DNA of 64,000 nt from Raillietiella orientalis (lineage: Eukaryota): positions 2,790,001 to 2,854,000 of the forward strand of contig JAYWIR010000019.1 of assembly GCA_036172245.1 (NCBI GenBank). The letters run 5' to 3'. Position 1 is the first letter of the stretch. Each line of letters opens with the position of its first letter. The notes beneath the pieces are model-generated. The model made no database searches. It was not told the origin of the DNA and worked only from the letters and a program-made list of their open reading frames with translations. Positions 50,950-63,600 of the stretch are shown here, one piece after another. The position numbers and the translations under genes are program-made.

Positions 50950-53880
50950 CTCCTCGAGAGAGGCATTCTTGAGATCTGCCGCAGGTACTGTGGAGAGGAG
51001 AGGAGGAGGAAAAGGAGGTTGAAAATTTTTGCTCTAATTTACCTCGAATTCCCCTCTCTCTATTCCCCCCCAAGTGAGCTCGTAGGTCGAATGAGTAAAA
51101 ACTTGGCACCGCACTTGCACCGCAAATACGAGCTGGTTTGTCTGTACCAGGTCAGCAGCATCTTCGCGTTAGCGGAAGCTGCGTGATCACTCCAGAGTGA
51201 AGCACGGCAGAGTAAGACGGCTGAAGTGCTCTGCTCTCCGTTCCTGAAGCTGCATGTGGAAGAGTCCCGAAGAACGAACCCCGCAAAGGGACTGCTTGAG
51301 CCGTGTCCCCTATGGAGCGCGCTAAAGTAGCGGTAGGAATGGGCATTTCCGCTTCCGCAGAGGGAGTTTCCTTCCAGTGCTCGTGAATGGCGGCGCGGTG
51401 AGCCACACCTCCCCGTTCCAGAACTCGCTCGCAGCTTTGTCGGCGGTTTCTGGAGGCAAACAGCGTGCTCCCCTTTTGTCTCAGGACCCGAGACCATCCA
51501 TGCATCCCGTTACATCGGAGCACGTCGCGCCTCCTGGAGAGACTGCGACTGGAATGTGAACGGCGAATCAGAGGCTGCATCATGCTTCCTCACCATGTAT
51601 TTAAAACTCATTGATTTAATGAAGTCGGCACAGCTGGATGGCTCCGGAATGAGATGGCAGCTCGCAAAGTGATGGGGGGGGGACACAGGTAACGGTATGG
51701 ACAGATCAGGAAATGAAGCCCAGTCATTCTGATTCCAGAAATTGAACGAATGCTGCACACGAAGGGGGGGAAGGAGGAATGTCCAGAGAACAGGGATGGC
51801 TGCTGGCTTCCCTCTCGAAATTGGGGCGCGCGCTCAGGACCTCTGCCAGATCCTCTCTGAACGCAGACCTCTTCCGGAAAGGACAGAGCTAAGCCCGGCA
51901 CCCAGATGAGCGCTTCCAGAGCGCGCAGATGACTCGACGGGAGGAGCACGCAAAGTGATACCGCTATGGAGGGCATCGTACCTGCTCCCAATCTGCAGGA
52001 CGTCGAGAACAAAATGCGAAGAGCCGTGCGCCTGACGAGATGCGGGATCGGCCGCCGAGTGTGCTGCCAAAACTCACGAGGTGAAATTCCTCCATCACCT
52101 CTGCGGCATCTCTCTTGCCGACTTCCCAAGGTGTGTGTCTTTAAAGGAACGCGAAACTGCTGACACAGAGTCTGGGCGATGGCATCGGCAAGGTGAACAA
52201 CGCACGTGACGTCTCTCTGCCTTTCAGAATCACGAAAACAAAGCGATAAGGACTGGTACGGAAACGAGAAACTGGGTTTCCGAAGACTCCTTTCCGGAAG
52301 TCTCTGGAGGACGCGTTTTTTTTGATGTTCCAAGTTTTTCCCCTGGATCTCTCAGGGCATCCGAACAAGATCGTGACATCGACCTGCATCTCTTCGCAAA
52401 GTTCTGATCTGGGAAGCCGACGTCTCTGTGAATTTCTCCTGCTTGTATGCTGGCTGCAGCTGCAGAGTCTTTCCGGAGGACCGCCAAGGACCAGTGCGCC
52501 GTTCACAGGATGCTCTGTGGCATCTGGACGGTGTTTCAAAGGCTTTCGGTTGCTTCAGACCGAGAGACCTCGTGGTATTTTGGGATTCACTGGGCTCCCT
52601 GTCCTTTAACGCGACTGGAACGCTCGATAGGGGAGACTTGAAAAGATCAGAATTGCTGACGTTTTCTCAAAAAAACGGCGTCAATTCTGCGATGTCATAT
52701 CAGAAGGACTCAGATGCCAGGAGCATGACTTGATGCCATCATCTTTGCCATGGCATGGGAATCAGAATCTATTGGCTGCTTTCCTCTTGCTCTTGGAGTT
52801 GCGCGGCACGACAGTGACAGTCGCAGAAGAAAGGTGAAATTACCTGAAACAGGAAGGGTCCAAGCAGTGAAGACATTCTAGCCAGTCTTCAAACCCATTA
52901 TGATCATAGCAGTAAGCCGCTGCAGAGCGACAGGATGAGATGTGGTTTACCCACCAAAAACCCCGCGAGTGTGCAGCAGAAGTCCTCCCAGAGAACCGCG
53001 CATGCTCGCAGTCTTCAATGCAAAGGAAGCATATGCGCCTTGGACCATCAAGAAGCAACTTTGTTTTAGTTTCCGCTTCTGAGAAACAGCTGACAAAGTC
53101 GTTGGGTTCAAAGTGTGTTTCCCGGGCACTGCTGCCCCTCGGTTTTACCAGAGTATCCGCTCGTTCGATGCGCGTCGGGCACGAGCATTTAAAGTAACTC
53201 TTACCCGTCGTATGGACGTACACCCAAGGCGGATAGGAGAGATGGGTTCGATTGGCACGTGGATGCAGCCGACGCAAACGTATTCCAAGTGTGCGTATAG
53301 AAGGTGATATCTCCATGACAACTTCGAGAGAGAGTCTTACGGAACAAATGAATTGAGCATCCGTGGTTCCAGATCGTGTATCAGCAGCCTTCCTATCTCG
53401 AAGATTCAAGTACCTCGTTCAGTGAGAGAACTGCTTATGAAAGCTTTTTCAAAGGAGGTTTCACACACACAGAGAAAGAAGAGACAAAAGATGTGGCTGA
53501 TGCAGATTGTAAAGTTCTTTTTTTTTTTTTTGGTCAAACGAAAGCTCACCTGAGTCGTGGTGGTGGCTAAGGCGAATCGATCTCGTTTGAGATTTTCGTT
53601 CCCTTCACTGGCACTTCTGGATCACAATCACGGGAGCGCTTTTGAGTCCTCCTAGATTATGAGATGCGTAGACACACGCGTTTCTTTCCGGAATCTTCCC
53701 GGTTTGTTTCACTTCCGACGGTTACCTGAGTTTCTTTCCATGGATGCCCTGAGCTGGCCACCAGGAGCCTGCACGAGTGGCGACCTCGAGCACGTTCGGA
53801 AGATGCCAGGGATTGCCTCGCTGCCGACGGAGGACAAAAAGGCCTTCACTCAAACTGATGGATTCGGATTGAATCGCTGA
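50950..53880 (+). pseudogene. Decayed ~3 kb coding region of unknown family
   Basis: Successive + strand protein-like fragments (KYELVCLYQVSSIFALAE, CFLTMYLKLIDLMK, HEVKFLHHLCGISLADF, HPWFQIVYQQPSYLED) broken by stops and shifts; followed by AATAAA plus an A-run at 53965. Confidence 0.4.
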
Positions 53881-56800
53881 GCAGAACCAACCCATCTCGT
53901 ACGTGACCGTCCCAGGTCAGCCGTGTAGGATTCTCTTCTCCAGTGGAATTGCGGTTTATTCTTCAATAAAAAAAAAAAACCATGATAATAAAATGCAACA
54001 TATGGAAAAGCGGAAGGAAGCTGAAATGAAACAATCCACAAGTGTGGCTCTAGTGGGTTTTTTTACATCCAATCAAATTTTATCCCTGATCGCTCCCATC
54101 ATCACAGGAGCGTCTTCCTCAACATCGCCGCGAGACATCATGGGGTGCTCAGAGAACTTCAGCTTGGCTGAATGGTCAGACGATAGTTGACTCTTTAACT
54201 GACGACCATGTGCCAAGCTCATGACCAAGAGCACTGCTGCCCAGGAGGAGACTTTGAGGCATAGAGGTGAGGCCAGATAAATCCTGGAGACAAACGGAAA
54301 TCGTGAAGGAAAATGGAGCGCGGAGTGCTCTGTATTAAAGGAAAGTTTAATCGGAAAAACTCCCGTGACAGAGGTACAAGAAGATTGATGCGAGATCAGA
54401 GAAGAGAAGTAAATGCTCAGCGGGTTCGCGTAGCCATGCGAGCAGCGGGAGGAGGCAGGAGCACCCTGCAAAACAGATCAGTGGCTTCACGGAACGAAAA
54501 AGAGTTGACATCCAGATTTACGAAATTTCATCCATGGCAGTCAGCTTGGTTTTGAGAAAAGCTCTAAGCATTGCGAATTACCGGAAGGAAATCCATAAGG
54601 CGATGGCGCTACCAAGATCAATAGGACCAGGAAGAGTCATGCGTTGCTCCCATCGGATGACGCCAGAAAAGTGTAATGGTGGTGGTTAGAGGAAGACGAA
54701 ATCCCGGAGAAGTCGGAGAAGGAAAGACCAGAGACCAAACTGTCTCCTCCAATCATTTTGCTTCAGAAAGAGCAATGATGCTCTGATGTTCCTCTGGATG
54801 ACGTTTTGCTCGAGCAGATCCGTTACGCGAGGCTGTGGTGAGACTATTGAAGTCCGTGGTGAACTGACTCGGGGGTCTCAGGGTGACTGTGAAATTCAGG
54901 TCATCTGGAAGTGGAGGTACCCAACGGGAATGAAACCGAAAAGGGCAGAGCTGACGCAATGACACAGCTCATGTGGACGACGTGCGTCGAAACGACACGG
55001 CAAATTCTGCTTCTTTCTGCTTCAGAGGAGCGCCGCATGGAGCAGTGGGGTGGAAGGTGACTTTCACTCCCACTCGCATCAGGGGACACATTCTGCAGAT
55101 GCAACAAGCATCTCTTGTGCAAACGACCTTTCTGGAAACAAGGTACCTCTTCGATGAGCAGGATGCATCATCCTCGCCTTCCTTCCCCGAAAAAGGGAAT
55201 TCTCGCAGTAAAGGATTGGCGAACTTAGTGTTCTTCTGAAATGGAGATGGTGAGAAAGATGAAAGTGAGATATTCCCTCTGGGATCGTATTTGGCAGAAG
55301 CTGTATCCAGAAAAGTGAAACCAGCTAAAGTGGAAGTGCTCCGACTAAAGGACGAAGCAGTCGAGGAGCTTCCAACAGCATACTGATGCCAGAGCTCCGA
55401 AGGCGCCGAAGGATGGCTTCATAGAGTTTCTACTTGCTGCAGGTTAGCTGAGACGGTGGCACTACGCCCTGCACGCCTTTCTTTACGGTGACTCCGAACA
55501 GAATCCTGGAAAAACCATTCCTGAATCGTGCGAGTGATGAATCTGGTTTTAACCATTAAAGTTCACGTTGGCAGCCGTGCGGCTACGGTCTTCGCACATG
55601 GTGCCAAGCGTTACGGGTTCGAATCCCCACGCGGAGGATCGACCTCCTGGTCCGGTTGCTTCCAGACGGCTGAATCAGCTCTCAGCCCGTTCCTGAACGG
55701 CAATTTTCTCTTACCGGAACGGGTTGTTCTGTGGCTCCCCTTCTCCAACCCCTGATTTTTGTTTGCACCCCCGCCCGGAGATGTAAAAAAGCGAACCGAT
55801 GACCTGCGAAAAACCTTTTGGCGAACGCAAAGGTCCCGGATCCGCTTGAAGGAATTGTGAGCGCCGCATCAGGATGCCGGACTCGGCGTTCGGACGCTGG
55901 AGAAGATGGAGCTTCAGCTCCAGTGTAGAAGATTAGCCCTAACGGCAAAGTTCTGCACCATCCATCGGTGTGTCCCAGCGCGACTCCTGGCCAAGCGAGC
56001 AGCAGGTGCTGAGGGACTCAGTACGTTCCTCGTGCATGTGTCCCGATGCGGGTACCAACTCCGTCAAGTGGTCGCCTTTGTCCAGGTGGATTTCCTGCCG
56101 ACCCGCCAACTGTAGTGCCTGGAAACAGGGAACAGTTCGAGCGTGGGCGGAAAGAAACGGCACGAGTCCGGAGCCATCGCGATGCCTGCTATTCTGGGAC
56201 CACGCTCTCTGCTCGTTGCAGGAAATCATAGACTGCCCAAGGATGACCCCGTAGGCACGGAACACCTCACTTGCAGCCACTCTCAACACGATGCGACATG
56301 GCGATGGCCTTGCGAGATGGGAAGTATCCTGAGAGATCGCGGGAAAAAAGAAGCAGCTGGGATTCTGGACGGCGTGTCAGCTGGCTGACGCATCGATCTC
56401 ATGCAACGCACAAGTCCACCACTGGACAAGAGGGGTGGTGGTGCCGGACTGTGCCAGGTGCGGGGAACGGGAAATCTTCTCGCTCCTGTTGCTGGATTGT
56501 GTTGCCATCCTGAGTGTCCGGGAACGCTTCGCTGAGGCCCTCCCACTCCCGATGGACAACGGCAAGGAGGTCTTGCGATTCCTCTTCACGGCGCGACTCG
56601 ATGTTGCCTGCAGCTTCCCTTGCAGCTCCGTGCTGCTGCCTCCGTGGGAATGCGGAGGCGAGAAGCCGCGCCGAAAGAGGCCGGTCAAACGGTGAGGTCA
56701 TCGCAATGACATCGCTCCTTCGTGAGGAAGGAGACAAGATGGCCGCATCTCTGCCAACAAAGGGAGGAAGCGGCTCACATCCTCCAGAGGATGCCGAGGA

Positions 56801-57134
56801 TGCCGAGAAGAAACCTGTGATCTCTTTCCTCCTCCACTCCCCCAGACATTTTTAAGATGAAATTTCGTATTTTTCATTTGTTTCTGTTTACCCCTTGCCC
56901 TCCTTCTCCTGTGCGCACCTCACCGGGGAGCTGCTCACGAGAAGCAGCGCCTCCAAGGCGGCATTTCGCTTCGCAGTGGTGATGTGAAGCCACTACGGAG
57001 GAGGACATTTTTGAATCTTGCTTATGACTTTTTTCTACAAGAAACGCGCCGGCGTGACCGGATGAAAATAAAGGATTGACCCTGAGAATGGAAGGTACAT
57101 CGTGGGTTTCGAGTTCACTCCGCAGGACGACGCT

Positions 57135-57340
57135 GGCTGACCAGCCGGCTACTCCGGGGCGTTTATTTATAAAATAAACGTACACGTCAGTGGCAGGACG
57201 TCTGATCCTGCCATGTCACTTATAACTGCGAGAAGGAACGGGCCGAAAACTGGCACGCAGGCCAGCGAGCCAGTCCTTTGCCTCGGCAGCACAGAGGAAG
57301 GGGAGACAAACAAAAAGAAAAAAAAATAAAACAAAAGACA
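57135..57340 (+). mobile_element. Second, diverged copy of the ~200 bp hairpin-rich element
   Basis: Same blocks in the same order (cgtttatttat..aaataaac, cagtggcaggacg..ctgcca, cgagaaggaac, gcacgcagg, cctcggcagc, A-rich tail). No clear TSD at this copy. Confidence 0.5.
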
Positions 57341-57659
57341 TGCAGTCAAAAAAAGGGGTGGGGGGGTGGGAAGGGATCACCAGGTGCTGGAGGGTGTCCT
57401 CTACATCCTTGTAAGAATGCCGGCGAGTTCCTGTTTCGAGGCTCCCAGATGGGATGAATGACGCTATTCTCATGAAAAGGACAGCAAAATAGATGACGTC
57501 CCTGTCGTTCTGGCCTCCTCTGGCGTTGCTGCCCCATGCAGCCACGATCCTGCGTAGGCAGCATAGCTGCTAGGGATGAGGCCGGCGTGAAGGTGTCTCG
57601 CAGGAAGGGTGCGCCACTGGTGGAAGCTGGAAACCGAATGCCGCTGTTGACTGTCCAGG

Positions 57660-58130
57660 ATTAGAACTGTGCTTCCTGGGATCCTTCCAGGAATCAAGAA
57701 GCCAGTTACCTTCGAGGTTTCCCTCCGGTTGTGAAAATGGAGCCGTCCCTCCCTTTGAAGGGGACCTTTCATCGCCTTACCATGGAGCTGGTTGATACCC
57801 CCTCAGGGGTTGCCTCTCCAGAGTGTCAGGAAGTGCACTGCTCCTTCTGGGGAGGAACCCTTTAGAGAAATTTGGAAGCGCCCCTTCGAGGTTCTCTCCA
57901 GAGATAGAAACCAGGAGCGGTTCCCTTACAGGTTTCCTCCAAAGGAGAGGAGAGGATCCTTTCCGGGTTCTCGTCGGAGAGGAAACGAGGAGCGGCCCTC
58001 TCTAGGAGAGCTTTCCGGATAGAATCAGGAAGAGTTTCTCTTCGTGGTTCCCTCCCAAGAGTAAGGGAAACGAAGTTATTCCTCCGGAACCTTCTTGGAC
58101 TCATAGGGTGGTCCCTCTAACTTGAGGAGT
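57660..58130 (-). repeat. Diverged 'common region' repeat family, copy C (inverted); a further 3' piece lies at ~57060-57120 (-)
   Basis: Reverse complement reads gagggaccaccctatgagtccaagaaggttccggagga ... cttgattcctggaaggatccc; 57060-57120 reverse complement reads actcgaaacccacgatg...gtcaatcct. Confidence 0.72.
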
Positions 58131-58289
58131 TCTACGAAGCCTCGGATGGAGGAAACAAGAACCAGTACTTTCCGAAGTAGTTTCATGGCAACATCATTCT
58201 TCGTTAACACTCAACCTATTTTTATTTCCCTCCTCCCCCCCCCCCACATGTTTTTCGGTAACCTTCCTTTTGTTCTGTTTTCACTTTAT

Positions 58290-60650
58290 TGATGTGTGAT
58301 AGGTAGGCAGGCTGTTCCTGGTGGCTCCTGCTGCCGTTTCTCTTGGATTCTTCAGTGTCCCTATGAAGAACATTCGACGAAAGCTGATCGGCCACAAAAT
58401 TGCTAGGTCAAACGCTGATGCGAACGGGCTCTTATTTTCTGATCCAGCCGGAAACATCGAAAAATTCCAGCACATGCAAGAAGAGCAAATTCAAGGGGAT
58501 GCATCCCAAAAGTGAAGGCTGTTTCGTTCGCTTCTACGCAGCTAAAGGTGACGGCGTTGTTTCCAGCATTGCTTCGCAGATTTTCTTTTCCTTCGGTGGG
58601 AGCATCTTTCTTCAAGATACCTTTTAGCTGGTGCATTTAAGAAACCACGAACCCTCTCCAAGGTATGCGTCAAACATCCGATGTGCGTCAGCAAGCGAAC
58701 ATCCTTCGTACAGATTTCTTATCTCCATGTATCACCTCGATCTGTATATGATTTACAAATGCAAAATTGACTTGGAACCTTCGAAGCCTTCGCCAGAAAT
58801 TCATATCTGCTTTTCCGCTTCCTTCGGAGAAGCACGATGGCTCTCCACAGTGAAATACTCAGCCATCCTGGCGCGTTTCGGAAAGCTGCTTAGTGGTACC
58901 TCAACGTCTTCCCTTTCCGTCGCCTTTGGAGGCACATCATTTCTGCAGAGGAAAGGCGGTCTCTCAACAAGCAGATTCCCGAAAGCGTGCCACCTTATTG
59001 AATTTCCGAGTAAGGACATTACTCGAAGGAAAGATGTCAAGATTTCTTGGAACCTCCGGTTAGAACGCTCGTGACCAACTTGAAGCAAACAGAAAGCTAT
59101 CTAAAAAGCTTGGAGGAAATTTAATTCAATCAGCGCCGTGCTGGTACAGCGATGCTTCTCAACGAACCTCTCCGCCGTCCTCCTCATCAGGTGTTTCGAT
59201 CAGATCTCTGAACTGTTCTCCAACCAGAACCGTCTCTCAAAAATTGCAAATTCCGGAGGTGCGGAAGAAAGAGAGAAATCCCTTAAGATTCTTTTTGTGA
59301 ATTCCAGTGGGTAACAGGGTGGATGTCCTTCAAGATCATCTTGGGCAGATCACGCACAGTTCTCCGCTACTGAAATGAATGATCGCTCGACGACACCGCC
59401 TCCTTTCTTCACAGGAGACAGAGCTATCGCGGTGATATGATGCTTTTCGTAGCCACAAAACTGAAGCCATGCGTTGGGAAATTCCTCATAGGTAGGAGGC
59501 CGGAAATTTCTAGAAAGGATTCGGTTTATCGTTTTCAATCAGGTGGCTGAAGTTTGAGAATCGAATATCCAGATTTTTTTTTGCATTTGAATCAACGATT
59601 AGAAACCTCTTATTTGGCAACGCAACACCCGATGGTTACCAGCCATAATGGTAATAGGATTCATCGACCTCAAAGTTCCACTTCCTCCATTCTATACAGG
59701 GCGCATCTCTGAATCCAGCCGTCCTGTTCTGGAATTGCTGCTGGAGAACGAAACTTTCGAACTGGTGCACGACCCATGCCTCATTCGAGCCGAAAATTCA
59801 GAAAAGTGCTCTTCTTTGCTTTATCATGAGGACATTTGTTTCGTCGAAGAGGACTTAAATTTGAATGGACAACATGTGTCTGACCGTGTAACGTGGCTTC
59901 TTATTCATACGCGACGTCACTACTTCTAGTAAACACAACCTGACAGCCACAGGTCCGTGGGACATTCCCAGAGGCTTCGTAGGGAAGCGATTCGGTTGTC
60001 ATCTAAGCCCACTGACAGACTTATTCTCGCATCGAGGTCCTGGGTATCCGAATCTGCACGTTGCAAATTTATCATGACTCAGTGTGACATGGTTCTGCTT
60101 TTCATGCTTGGAAGAATTTCTCAGGGAGCTTCAGGGGAACCCAGGAAAAAAAGTGCAAGCTCCCAAAGCCGTTGAAACTGAGACCTCATGAGCCCAAGTC
60201 ATCCTTGAGCTTTTAGAGCAATGTCCTTCCATCAGGTTTCAGAATATGGGGAACATATAAAGGACTTGCTTGACAACCGTGCTTCAAGGCATCCTCCAAA
60301 AGTTAAATGCCCTATTTCGAGGAAACATTTTTCAGATATGTATTTTATTTATGTGTTTTTTTTTTTTAAAAGACAGTAAACTGTCTGAGAAATTCAGATG
60401 CCTTGTAGATTTGTTTATCACAAGTTCCTTCACAAGCAGCCCTGAAGACAAACAGCGTGAAGAGTTTGCGTTCTCACGTGTCATCTTCCAAAGCAATCAC
60501 ACTTTAGAAGATGTTATTTCCAATCGGATATTACTTCTGTATCGAAGCTCTGCAAGGCACTCCTTTTCTTCTGCTTGCGTTGGAAATTTTGTTCGTTTGC
60601 ATTCCCGGACTGTGAGAACTCCCAACTCAATCTGGAACACCCGGTTTAAC
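58290..60650 (-). pseudogene. Decayed ~2.3 kb coding region of unknown family
   Basis: Fragments such as LFTLFVFRAACEGTCDKQIYKASEFLRQF, RFLIVDSNAKKNLDIRFSNFSHLIE and FWRRLRRFQVNFAFVNHIQIEVI in shifting frames; minus-strand AATAAA at ~58285-58290. Confidence 0.35.
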
Positions 60651-63600
60651 ATCTGATTCGGCACCGACCCGTTTATTTAAATACGGCACCATTCTTTTGC
60701 ATCTTCCAACAGAGGAGTTGACGCTTTACTGCTACACTTATCCTGAAAAGGAAAAAGGAAAAAGGTTCTCCTTCGCTGCGTTCGCCACTGTTTACGGTCA
60801 TTTCATGCCATGTATATGCATTGTACACATCCTTATACGTTCCTTTCCTTGATGCTTTTTATTCTCCCGGGAAACTACTTTGCTAAAGACTAATCTACAC
60901 TTGTGAGGAAACACTTCCTTTGAAGATTAATTGGACTGCGCCTGATTGAAACGCGTTACTGCCTCTTCGGAATTGCCTCCGGTCGAAGGTTCGATACTGC
61001 CTGCCGAGGAGGCTGGTACTCCTCACCAGTCCACGCTATCTCATGACTGTCACTCATGCGTTGCTCCTGTTGTCCGTGACATTTATGGAGCCACGCTACT
61101 ACTTTCAGGCTGAATAATGAGATAATGCAAATAGTCCAGCAACGTAATCTTCATCCATTGTAGTCAAGGGCGTATTGTGCCGTTCGTACAATGCTCTTCT
61201 CATCTTTCTATCAGAGCTCTCATCGAAAGTCGAACTTTTGGTTCGGACACGAATTTTCGAGTGACTTGTTTATATTTCTTGTTCCTCATTAAGGAAGAAT
61301 CGACGCAAACAGATGTTTTGTTCGCATTCCGTTCCACGTGGTTTTGTTTACGCCTGGAATCGGACGAGATCTCATCCACAGCCACACCGTTCGCTCCTTT
61401 AACTTGGTGCTCTTCGTACAAATGCTCAGCTGTTACTTGAAAGTTCGTGTGTGTGTCTTTGCAAATCTCTTGTGCCATCCTTAACACGCTCAGATTTCCA
61501 AAGCCGAACGTAGACGGTAGTCCTTAAAATTTATCTATCCATCTATGTACATAGATGGGTACTCATGTTTGTGAAACTGTGAAACGATTCCAGGGTAGAA
61601 GACCTCACTATGAGCGTTATTTACTTTTAGCAACATGAAAAGGGCTTGGATTTGTATCCAGTGGATACTGATCTTTCCAAAGAAAGCTATTTGCGTTTGG
61701 AAGGTTTGTTGAGTTTACATATTCATTCTTTCACTATGGCTACGCTGTGCTTTCTTGAATAACTAATAAAGGAAGCCATTGTACTCCCCCTTAATTTGAT
61801 ATGGGCCAAGCTGTACTCTCATCCGATTCCGCTCACCAGCCGAAATTAGACATGGAGCCAATGCGGTAACAGTTGGCTGCAATTACGAAACGTCCAATTC
61901 ATCACCTGGCTCGAGAAATAGTGCAGAGTGTGCTCCTGTGTGCTGAGTCTTGAACGTGTGGTAACACTTTCGTCAACCACAGTGGAGGTAGCTTTCCAGA
62001 GCCGAACCCGTGTAGGCATGCAGTCAGGAAGTCTGGATTCGCGGCTGGTTTATCATCTCACGAATGAGCAAAAAGCAACCTGCTGCACCCAACCGGCTAT
62101 AAACATCGGAGATTTCCACTATTAGAATGGATGGATACACGCGTTGCTATGAGGAAAGATCTATCTGTGGATCATGCCCATATATTTTATACAGTGAACG
62201 GGCAGGTTCTGAAGACCTCACCAGATCCGTATGCCACTCGTATGAATGAAGAACAGAGTAAAAGTGGAAGGATTGGACACTGGTCGATTAAGCAGCGGGG
62301 GGAAAAAAAAAAAAAAGAAAAAGAGAAAAGCACACACGATTTCACGAGGATAACGATGGTTGCATGACAAGCAGTTGAAAAAAAAAAAAAAAAAAGATTC
62401 GGAAGGACGGTCAGGTTTGATTGGATTGCAGTAACTTGATGGCCGTTGATACTGAACAGACATGATGATGAGGAGGAGGAAGATCATGAACTACGGTTCT
62501 GCGCCAAAGGGGCAAGCGGGAAACTGCAACATGTAGGCAACCTTTCGAGGCTTCTTGTATGTTCCGATTAGCGGGAGATTGGGAAATTGGGCTCTGGTAC
62601 TCAACTGCATGAACGAGGACGATCATCTGTCCGCGTCCTTTCCCCGACTGGGGAGTTCTGCCTGTCTGCCTTGGCCGCTTTGATTTGGCAAATCCATTCC
62701 GATAAGACAAATTCCCGCCTGCCTGCAATGAAGTGATGACAGGACGTATCTGTGGGCAGTACGGGGCCGTGGATTCCGGCTCACTCTGTCTTAGAATGTC
62801 TGTGATGCCCAGGTAGCGTGAGAGATCATTAGAGCCGTCGGTTCTCCTTGGGCAGAGAAGAAGGAGCGCGAGCTGATGGAGGACGCGTACTAAAGAGGGA
62901 GGGGGGGGGGGGAAGGCTCGAGTGCTCAAGGACATTGAGTTTCCCTTTCGTAGGATTCGGAAGGTTCGAATCCAGGACCGTGAGGGCAAGGATCTTCCAG
63001 GAGCAGCTCCGAAGGCATGTCGTAATTGCAGTTGGGATGCACGTGGGTATTTTCGCGTGTCCGCCACGCACTTTGTCTGCGGAGCGTCTCCTACATCCTC
63101 CAGAGCCTTTGGTTCCATCCGAAGCGGAATCAGACGTAAAGAACGCGACCGCCCAGTAGCACCTTAGGGTTCCTTTGGTGTTTCAGAACACACTGATCCG
63201 GGTAGGCGCATCTCAGCCTAGCCGAAGTACCGAGGTGCGAGTTTTGCTGCAAGCTCTGCAGCTTCCCTGCAGCGGAGCAACGTCCTCTGTTTCCATCTGT
63301 TGGAATCTCGACTCTATTTCCTGCTTTTCTCCTAATCTGCTGTTCCCCAGGTCACCCAGACATAAGATAATAAATGGGTTGTTCCTCCTTAGGATCCCAA
63401 GGGATAGGATCGTCCTAGGGTTACATCCCCTCTGGTTTCTACAGGTGGCAGAGGATGGTCTGTTTTTCTCTCGACGGAAATGCCGAGTCTTGCGTCACCT
63501 GCTCTGGACCTTTCCCTCGCTCTTTAGTCGGAGTACGTTCATCTCCGCGTCGATCTCTGCCTGCCTAAGATGAACTGAGAAGCAAGGAAAGAACATCGGT

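Noticed and set aside
55570..55640. tRNA gene suggested by the B-box GGTTCGAATCCC
   Set aside because: I could not build an acceptor stem, D-arm or A-box. Similar lone B-box-like strings at ~23803, ~60988 and ~62963 also fail; at most these are SINE relics.
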